This document shows positions 51,286 to 58,644 of a stretch of DNA of 64,000 bases, one piece after another. Location: positions 1-64,000 of the IMG/VR virus record IMGVR_UViG_3300030685_000017. One strand, written 5' to 3'. Made by a program: the position numbers and the translations under genes. Position 1 is the first letter of the stretch, and each line of letters opens with the position of its first letter. The notes beneath the pieces are model-generated. The model had not been told where the DNA came from. It ran no database searches and saw nothing but the letters and a program-made list of their open reading frames with translations. Source of the DNA: a virus.

Positions 51286-51922
51286 ATGAACAAATGGCTT
51301 AAAGAATATGATAAAGGAAAATATTATAAGCATATGGGTATTATTTGTTGTAATGCAGTTCAAGTTACACAAGTATATCAACATAATATACGTTTACGTC
51401 CATTTTTTCATTCTTATGATTTAGAAAAAATGTTAGAGATACTTTCACGTTATGGTATTATAATTATTACAAATCTCAATACCTATTGTGCTACAATATT
51501 AAGTGCAGAACGTACTTATGATATAGTTAAAAAGTATGAAGATGTATTTGAAAAACGTTCTTCTGAATTTCAGACGTTTAGGGAGAAACTGCATGAATAA
51601 ATTATTAAAAATATATACTGATTGCCCAAAAGATCATATGGGCATATGTTGTGTCACGGAAGATCAAATGTTTCGAGTTATGGAGTATAATAGAAATCAT
51701 CATTTGGATTGTCAATCTAATTGTCAATCTACTTCTAATAGATCTTTAAAACAAATATTACATGAGTATAACATGATTATAATAACAAATAGAAATACTT
51801 TTTGCGTTACAATGGCACATGCATCTTTTTGTTATGATACAATATTTACATTTAAAGATGTGTTTACAAGAACAGTTAAACCAGATTTTTTAACTTTAAG
51901 AGAAAAGATAGAATTAAAGTAA
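51286..51922 (+). CDS. tandem paralog pair (51286-51600, 51593-51922), both with FxT tag
   Basis: Shared MNK.LK.Y...HMGI.C...IIITN.NT.C; end FQTFREK and FLTLREK. Confidence 0.85.
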
Positions 51923-52046
51923 GAATAAATCTTTGATTTCATATTGTGATTATGTGATTTATGAATTTTCTGATATTAATAAAATTAATTCTGATTTTTT
52001 TAACCATGAAGAAAAGAAAAGAACTTTAATTGAATATATAATTTTC

Positions 52047-52118
52047 GGCTGATTAGTCAAGTGGATAAGACGCTTATCTCTCCGATAAGAAACATGGGTT
52101 CAAATCCTATATCAGTCA
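52047..52118 (+). tRNA. tRNA-Glu(CTC), atypical loop CTCTCCG
   Basis: Cloverleaf; anticodon stem CTTAT/ATAAG. Confidence 0.82.
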
Positions 52119-52142
52119 TTTGAATAGAAAAGGAGAAGTAAT

Positions 52143-52574
52143 ATGTCATTATTATCAATAATATTGGAGATTTTTTTATATAATATAATAATAATTAGTA
52201 TTTTTTGTTCTTTGAATATTAAAATAAAAGATTATTATAAAGCAAAAACTGATCTTTTTGCATATCTGAATAATGATAATGCTATTTATATGGTTTATAA
52301 ACGTGGATTAATGATACATGGTAAGCATTATAAATATTTAATTGGAGATAAATTTAGATTTGGTAATAATTATGCTATAATAACTGGTTATGATCATTCA
52401 GAATTAGAACTATATGGAGATCTTTATTATATAGTAGAACAATGTAATTCAATGGGGATATCTATTTCTAGTGAATTCTGTATATCAGAAAGAACATTAT
52501 CTCAAGCACAATGGATAAATAAACCAAATAAAAAAGAAGAATTTAAAACCTTTAAGGAGAAAATACGAACATAA
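52143..52574 (+). CDS. membrane-anchored protein with FxT tag
   Basis: N-terminal TM segment; ends FKTFKEK. Confidence 0.8.
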   Translation: MSLLSIILEIFLYNIIIISIFCSLNIKIKDYYKAKTDLFAYLNNDNAIYMVYKRGLMIHGKHYKYLIGDKFRFGNNYAIITGYDHSELELYGDLYYIVEQCNSMGISISSEFCISERTLSQAQWINKPNKKEEFKTFKEKIRT

Positions 52575-52745
52575 TGTTCTGGGTAGGAGAAGTATTAATT
52601 AATAAATTAAATAATAAAAGAGCAAAAGTTATAGAAGCTATTTATAAACGTAATGAAAAACCACTTATTACGGTAGAAATGATAGATGAAAACAAAATAG
52701 TTTATATTACAATTTTTCCAGAAGAATGGAAGGATGGGGAATAAT

Positions 52746-52925
52746 ATGAAAGAAAAAGAATTACAGGAATTAAAGAAGAAAGCAGAAAATTGTGTATTAA
52801 ATTCAGTAATATGCTCTAAATCTGAATTATGTGAAGCATGTCCTAACAATGTTTCGGCATCAGAAGTGTTACGTTTATGTTTGGATTATGAATTTTTAAG
52901 ACATAATTATAATTTATTTGGTTAA
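52746..52925 (+). CDS. small Cys-containing protein
   Basis: ORF with RBS, followed by a GC hairpin and T-tract. Confidence 0.6.
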   Translation: MKEKELQELKKKAENCVLNSVICSKSELCEACPNNVSASEVLRLCLDYEFLRHNYNLFG

Positions 52926-53045
52926 AAATCTGCGAAAGCAGTTTTTTATATAGTAATTGTAGACGGGATTTCTTGATGAAAAGGAGGTTTGCTATGAAGG
53001 GTATTAGAGCACCTAGCATTTTTAGAAAAGTTTTATAAAAAGTAT

Positions 53046-53074
53046 TGACAAAGTAACCGAAACGTGGTAAAATG
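53046..53074 (+). promoter_or_regulatory. near-consensus sigmaA promoter
   Basis: TTGACA-17 bp-TAAAAT with TG. Confidence 0.88.
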
Positions 53075-53126
53075 AACTTACAAAAACAAAGAGCAAAAAG
53101 CTCGCCTAAAAATGGAGGAAATAATT

Positions 53127-53888
53127 ATGTCTAAATCAAAAGAAGTTGGATTCGTAAAAGTTGCACTGGTAAAAATTCTGAAAGCTGATGGAAGTGATTT
53201 TGTTACATCTAAGTTTGCAATTGCTTCTTCAATCGCTGATACTGTATTTGCAGGTTCTCTTGTAACCGTAACTGGTGAGTACAGTGATACTCCGGTACGT
53301 GTCGCAGAAGTTATTACTGCCGATGAGTGTGCAAGAAGATACAAGAATTCCGTGTACAATCATGTTGTATCTCTGCTTAATCCTGATTATGTGGATGACG
53401 ACGAGATTATCGGTCTTACCGCAGAGGATGCTAACACATTTGTACCGGCAAAAGACAAGAAAATCGCTCTTATCTGCGTTATGAAAGCTGATGGTATCAA
53501 GTGGACAAACTACAAACTTGCTATTCCGGCAAGAATGCCTGTAAAAGCAGGAGACATTGTTACAAATGATCTCTTTGACGGTTCTTATCTCAGAGTTCGT
53601 GAGGTAATTACAGCTGACGAGTGCGCTCGTAGATACGAGAAACCGGTAACACATGCAGTACATTCTGTTGTTGTTGATGTACCGGCTGGAGAGAAAGTAT
53701 ATGGTTTGACTCCGAGTGAGAGACCTGAGGATATTGAAGCGGCTACTAAGGCAAGAGATGCGAGAGCATATACTAAAGTTGATCGCAGAACACCAATCTC
53801 TATCGACTTTTCTTCTGTTGGAGAGACAAGTAGAGAAGACGCAATTGTTGCTATCGTTCTTGCGGCAATTGATGCTCTCAAAGATTGA
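53127..53888 (+). CDS. protein with two tandem repeats of about 100 aa
   Basis: KADG...AI...AG...RV.EVITADECARRY occurs twice; GGAGG RBS; own promoter and terminator. Confidence 0.85.
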   Translation: MSKSKEVGFVKVALVKILKADGSDFVTSKFAIASSIADTVFAGSLVTVTGEYSDTPVRVAEVITADECARRYKNSVYNHVVSLLNPDYVDDDEIIGLTAEDANTFVPAKDKKIALICVMKADGIKWTNYKLAIPARMPVKAGDIVTNDLFDGSYLRVREVITADECARRYEKPVTHAVHSVVVDVPAGEKVYGLTPSERPEDIEAATKARDARAYTKVDRRTPISIDFSSVGETSREDAIVAIVLAAIDALKD

Positions 53889-53902
53889 TAATTAATTAAA
53901 TT

Positions 53903-53933
53903 AAAGCGTCTACAGTAATGTAGGCGCTTTTTT
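53903..53933 (+). terminator. intrinsic terminator abutting a tRNA
   Basis: AAGCGTCTACA/TGTAGGCGCTT stem followed by a T-tract. Confidence 0.85.
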
Positions 53934-53934
53934 C

Positions 53935-54006
53935 GGCTGATTAGTCAAGTGGATAAGACGCTTATCTCTCCGATAAGAAACATGGGTTCAAATCCTATAC
54001 CAGTCA
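53935..54006 (+). tRNA. tRNA-Glu(CTC), near-identical to the 52047 copy
   Basis: One substitution in the acceptor stem relative to 52047-52118. Confidence 0.78.
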
Positions 54007-54026
54007 TAAAAAGATTGGAGTATAAA

Positions 54027-54338
54027 ATGTCTGAACAATTTAAAATTGGAGAACGAGTATGAATAAAATCTTGGAAAGAATTAATTAAAGAGTTTCCGTT
54101 AAGAGATTCGACTACTGTATCAATTTATAATAACGTGACAGAATCACATTTATATACGTTTTATACTAAAAATTTTATTGATTTATACAAATATGGGAGA
54201 ATAATTACAATTCAAGATTCATGGAAGGATAGAACTAATGTAATTATTAAAACTGAAATTGAAACAATAATTATTGATATGAAATTAATAACTAAAATAA
54301 ATCCTATATTTATAACATTAAAGGAAAGAAGAAAATAA
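54027..54338 (+). pseudogene. family-B gene with an in-frame TGA; tag FITLKER
   Basis: MSEQFKIGERV*IKSWKEL; TGA at 54060. Confidence 0.8.
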
Positions 54339-54339
54339 A

Positions 54340-54675
54340 ATGAAAATTATCTTAGAAAAACAATTTTGGGAAGAATTTTTAAATCAAAATAATGATATTG
54401 TTGTTTGTTGTCATACAAAAATAGAAGCAGAAACATTCTGTAAATTAATGCACGAACATGGATTAAAATGGAAAAGTGGTAACAGTTATTTAGATATTAA
54501 TAGGTGGAATAATCTATGTATTGATAAAAAATATAGTGTTAATTATACTAATCACGGATGTTACGGTACTTGTCTGGATTTTGAAAAGAGACATGACTAT
54601 ATGATTTATGAATTTTCTGATATTATATTTAAAAAAAATATTTCTTTTTTAACATTAGCTCAAAGGAGTTTATAA
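54340..54675 (+). CDS. family-A protein with tag FLTLAQR
   Basis: FWEEF...CHTKIEAETFC...HGLKWKSGNSY. Confidence 0.85.
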   Translation: MKIILEKQFWEEFLNQNNDIVVCCHTKIEAETFCKLMHEHGLKWKSGNSYLDINRWNNLCIDKKYSVNYTNHGCYGTCLDFEKRHDYMIYEFSDIIFKKNISFLTLAQRSL

Positions 54676-54678
54676 ATT

Positions 54679-54999
54679 ATGATTAATTTAGAAATCTTTT
54701 GGAAACAATTTTGTGATCGTCATAATCATATAGCTGTTAATTGTGTTACTGAATAAGAAGCACAGAAATTTTGTAAATTAATGGATAAACACGAATTAGA
54801 ATGGGCTAACGGTTGTTGTTATAATACAGAAAATACAGGATGGAATTGTTATAATAAATCTATGTGTTATAGTAACAGCGGAACATACTGTAACCTAGAT
54901 GGCTATCGAGTACGTCATTATACTATTTATAAATTTTCTGATATATTTATTACAGATAATTCTAAATTTATGACTGTAAAGCAGAGGAATACAAAATGA
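54679..54999 (+). pseudogene. family-A gene with an in-frame TAA; tag FMTVKQR
   Basis: TAA at 54754, in a segment identical to 44418-44479. Confidence 0.85.
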
Positions 55000-55322
55000 T
55001 AAGTCAAGAGGAATTTTGGAAAAAATTTTGTGAACAAAGATTTCATATGACCGTTCATTGTAAAACAGAACAACAAGCACAACAATTTTGTCAAATGATG
55101 AAAGAGCATGGATTAACATGGAGATCAGGGAATGAACACTTAAAAAATAACACTTATTGGGAAGATTATAAAGAAGATACATGTTATTCTAATGATGGTG
55201 GCTATGGATTTATGGAGTTTTATACAAATTGTGATTATGTGATTTATGAATTTTCTAAGATATTTATTACAAAAAACACTATGTTTATGACTTTTAAGCA
55301 AAAATCATATAAATGCGGATGA
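54996..55322 (+). CDS. family-A protein with tag FMTFKQK
   Basis: VHCKTEQQAQQFC...HGLTWRSG. Confidence 0.85.
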   Translation: MISQEEFWKKFCEQRFHMTVHCKTEQQAQQFCQMMKEHGLTWRSGNEHLKNNTYWEDYKEDTCYSNDGGYGFMEFYTNCDYVIYEFSKIFITKNTMFMTFKQKSYKCG

Positions 55323-55372
55323 AATCTTCCTTTCATTGAATAATAAAATGTACTAAATAATGAGGTAAAAAT

Positions 55373-55684
55373 ATGCATAAAATATTTACGATAGAAAAAT
55401 TTGTGAAAGAAAAAGATAAGCATAAAATGGCTATAATTTGTAAAACAGAGAATGAAGCAAAATTACTTTGTAAAGAACTTGATAAACAGGGGCTTTGTTG
55501 GAGTACTGGAGTGAGTTATGTTGGTAATACTAGGTGGTCTCTATTTAGTCCACAAACTAGAGCTAGATTTTATACAAATAATAATAAAATAGGTATTATT
55601 GGTAACGGAGATATGGAAGGTTTAGATTATTGCTTTTTTACAGAAACTCGAATGAAAAATAGAATTTCAAACATTTTCAAATAG
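55373..55684 (+). CDS. family-A protein; tag present but out of frame
   Basis: AIICKTENEAK; the +1 frame after the A5 at 55655 reads EFQTFSNR. Confidence 0.8.
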   Translation: MHKIFTIEKFVKEKDKHKMAIICKTENEAKLLCKELDKQGLCWSTGVSYVGNTRWSLFSPQTRARFYTNNNKIGIIGNGDMEGLDYCFFTETRMKNRISNIFK

Positions 55685-55789
55685 ACAAGAAAATTCTAAA
55701 TTATAATATAGTTATTGTTCCTGTTATTCTTATAAAATCTAATAATAATGATAATGTGTTTTTTCAAACTTTTAAAGAGAGGATATAGA

Positions 55790-56098
55790 ATGCACACTTT
55801 TACAGCAGGTCAGAAAATAAAAATAAAAAGTTTAAAAAAATTAATAAGACAGTATGGTACAGTACAAAGTATAACTGTCCTTGGTATGAAAACATTTCTA
55901 AATTTACCGGAACGTTCTATGACTTTAGATTATATATCTTGGGTATATGGGTATGAAAAACATTATACAATCATACGTAAAGTGGAATGCGCATATTATG
56001 AAGTAAAAGAACTTTCTAGTGTACATCTAATTCCCGTATCGTTAATAGAACCATGTAATAATTTAAACTTTCAGACTTTTAAAGAAAGGACTGGATAG
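55790..56098 (+). CDS. family-B protein with tag FQTFKER
   Basis: FTAGQKIKIKSL...YG. Confidence 0.8.
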   Translation: MHTFTAGQKIKIKSLKKLIRQYGTVQSITVLGMKTFLNLPERSMTLDYISWVYGYEKHYTIIRKVECAYYEVKELSSVHLIPVSLIEPCNNLNFQTFKERTG

Positions 56099-56102
56099 AA
56101 TT

Positions 56103-56441
56103 ATGACTAGTTTTAAATTTTGGAAAAATTTTAATGATCAAAATTTAGATATCATGATTTCTGTAAAAAATGTATTAGAATATTTTGCTTTATGTAAATT
56201 ATTAACTGATAAAGGATATCATCATGCGGGTGGTGCAAGTTATTTAGAATATGCGTTACAAAACGCAATTACTCATGGAGAAATGCGGGGAATATCTAAT
56301 CATGGATTATATATGATGGCAAGAGTTCCTGCGAATATGTATCGTTATACCATTTATGATTATGAAACAGTCCTATCTTTTATAGGATTAGAAAACACAG
56401 ATTTTTGTACTTTTAAAGATAAAATAAAAGTACTTAAATAG
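56103..56441 (+). CDS. divergent family-A protein with tag FCTFKDK
   Basis: FWKNF...GASY...SNHG...YTIYDY. Confidence 0.8.
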   Translation: MTSFKFWKNFNDQNLDIMISVKNVLEYFALCKLLTDKGYHHAGGASYLEYALQNAITHGEMRGISNHGLYMMARVPANMYRYTIYDYETVLSFIGLENTDFCTFKDKIKVLK

Positions 56442-56508
56442 AATTTATGAATTATTGTAACTTGAAACTTAAAAAAATTATTAAAAAAAAAGAAAAGAGG
56501 ATATTAGA

Positions 56509-58539
56509 ATGGGTCAGAAAGTAATTTATTTAAATAAAGTAATAGAAATTGGTGGAAAATATTATTTCACTTCTCATGAAAAAATGGGAGAAGTTCTTTC
56601 AGTAAGTGAAGATACAAAATCTATGGATGTACAATGGGCTGATGGAACAAAAGAAACTCTTTCAGATGCATTAAATACTATTAAATCCACAGTCGTTATT
56701 GTGGATAATACGGAAGTATATTGTAGTATTACTTCTCGTGTAGCTGAAAAAATGGGAATTCCAATTGAGAAATTTAAGAAAGATCCTACACCGGCAGTAG
56801 AAGAAGGAACAGAAAATATTCCTCCGGTTGAAGAAGAAATGATTAACGCAATGTCTCATAACGGAGATATCATGAGTATTTATGGAGAGGTAACTTTTCC
56901 CGACGAACTGGGAGAAGATCCTGTCTTTATATTACTTGACCCAACAGATGATAAATTGATCTGTTGCAATGTAGAAGCATTCAAAGAGAAATATGTTATA
57001 GAAGAAATAGTTTCTACAACATTGGCAATGAGTGGAAATTGGTCTCCAACTCCCGCAATAGTTAAGGAATTGAATAAACAGATCATAACTTTGCTAACAG
57101 AATATAAGCATAAGGCTAGTTTTGCCGGAGTTCAAAAGAACTTGGAAGTTTGGGCACAAAATAAGGCGGGTCTTGCTAATATGATGAGTAAACATCCGGG
57201 GTGGAATCCTGATAAACTGTGGATTGAAACAGAAGAGCCGTTTGATCTACAGAAAAATCCTGAAAATATACAGATGTTCTTTGATACAATCATAGATAAA
57301 TCTAATGAGGTATTAAAGCTATCTGTATTTGAAGTCGGAGGAGATACATATACTTATGATGAACTTGCAAATTTTGTAAGTGGGATACAACGTTTACTTG
57401 AGTGTGGATTTCAGGCAAAGAATACTTCTGGAAGATATAAAACAATTCTTAATCCGACATATGATACAAAAATGCGTAGTAAAATTGTTGTATCATACGA
57501 TGGTAAAACAGAAGATGAAATAAGAGGGTTTTATAAAGAAATTCATAGAATTTATCACGATGCTGATCAGTATACAAAAGAATCTAAAGATAATTATGAT
57601 AAGATTAAGAGGTTCTGTAATAAATTTAGAGAAATTACAGAAGATTTCATCACGGGAGATCTGAAAATGTGGGTGGATAATTATTTTCCTGAATTATCTG
57701 TTCATGATGGTCAAAAAACTTCAAAAATTGTTCGTAAATTCTTTGATCAATTCCCTGACATTACAGGTATTAAGGGAACTAAAGAAGAAGTTGTTATGGA
57801 TGAGAATGGAGAACACACAACTCGTACAAAGACTATAAATGTATTTGAGATTGCTTTTGCTAAATATTCGGATTCTATTAATCCGGTTGCCGCAAAACGT
57901 AAAGTAATTTTCTCTATCAATCCAATCGACTTTTTAACTGAAAGTTTTGGTGTAAATTGGAGTTCATGCCATACAATTGATAAGCAGAATCTTAGACATG
58001 TTGATTCTTCTCATAATTATCAGGGTATGAATTGTGGAGGTTGTGTATCTTACATGAACGATAGTTGTTCTATTGTAATGTATACGGTTGATGGGAAATA
58101 TAAAGGTAAAGAATTCTGCTTTGAATCTAAAATTCAGAGAAATATCTTCTTTGTTGGAAAAGACTATTTTGTACAGTCAAGACAGTATCCTGATGGTCGT
58201 GATGGAGGACAAAAATCTCTTGCAGAGCAGTTCAGAAAATATTTCATTAAAATGCTGGGCGATTGCACGGAGCTTGAGAACACTAATACTAAATGGAAAA
58301 AAGTTTCAGGTTCAAATGAGTGTTCTAATGTAGCAACAGATTATCAGGGAGCTTTCCATTATCCTGATTATCGAAATGCTTCTGAATGTTCGGTAAGTTA
58401 TTACAAGTATACATCTTCTAAGACGGCAAAAGTAAATGCAAAAGATAAGATTGTCGTTGGATATACTGCATTCAGTATGGTTGATGGAACACCTCTTGAA
58501 AAGAAAGACAGACTTGATAATAAGGGCTGTGAAGATTAA
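56509..58539 (+). CDS. large phage protein of unknown function
   Basis: 676 aa; motif-like C-terminal SINPIDFL, WSSCH, GGCVSY and SRQYP; followed by a terminator. Confidence 0.8.
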   Translation: MGQKVIYLNKVIEIGGKYYFTSHEKMGEVLSVSEDTKSMDVQWADGTKETLSDALNTIKSTVVIVDNTEVYCSITSRVAEKMGIPIEKFKKDPTPAVEEGTENIPPVEEEMINAMSHNGDIMSIYGEVTFPDELGEDPVFILLDPTDDKLICCNVEAFKEKYVIEEIVSTTLAMSGNWSPTPAIVKELNKQIITLLTEYKHKASFAGVQKNLEVWAQNKAGLANMMSKHPGWNPDKLWIETEEPFDLQKNPENIQMFFDTIIDKSNEVLKLSVFEVGGDTYTYDELANFVSGIQRLLECGFQAKNTSGRYKTILNPTYDTKMRSKIVVSYDGKTEDEIRGFYKEIHRIYHDADQYTKESKDNYDKIKRFCNKFREITEDFITGDLKMWVDNYFPELSVHDGQKTSKIVRKFFDQFPDITGIKGTKEEVVMDENGEHTTRTKTINVFEIAFAKYSDSINPVAAKRKVIFSINPIDFLTESFGVNWSSCHTIDKQNLRHVDSSHNYQGMNCGGCVSYMNDSCSIVMYTVDGKYKGKEFCFESKIQRNIFFVGKDYFVQSRQYPDGRDGGQKSLAEQFRKYFIKMLGDCTELENTNTKWKKVSGSNECSNVATDYQGAFHYPDYRNASECSVSYYKYTSSKTAKVNAKDKIVVGYTAFSMVDGTPLEKKDRLDNKGCED

Positions 58540-58551
58540 TAAAAGTTACGC

Positions 58552-58583
58552 AAAAACCGATAGCATAATTACTATCGGTTTTT
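58552..58583 (+). terminator. intrinsic terminator
   Basis: AAAACCGATAG/CTATCGGTTTT inverted repeat. Confidence 0.75.
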
Positions 58584-58644
58584 GCGCTTTCAAATATATA
58601 TAATAGTTATGTATATTTTAGAGCGCAAAATAGAAAGGGTATAT

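Noticed and set aside
53078-53881. Minus-strand ORFs overlapping the tandem-repeat gene
   Set aside because: These are shadow ORFs caused by biased codon usage; the promoter, RBS and terminator all support the plus strand.
44263-54006. CRISPR array or diversity-generating retroelement behind the repeats
   Set aside because: The repeats are tRNA genes and paralog patches without regular spacers. There is no cas or reverse transcriptase gene in the window and no adenine-specific TR/VR pattern.
29943-54999. Stop-codon reassignment (alternative genetic code) to explain the in-frame stops
   Set aside because: Interruptions include TAA, TAG, TGA and frameshifts, while all core genes are intact in code 11 and end with ordinary stops. 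Pseudogenisation fits better.
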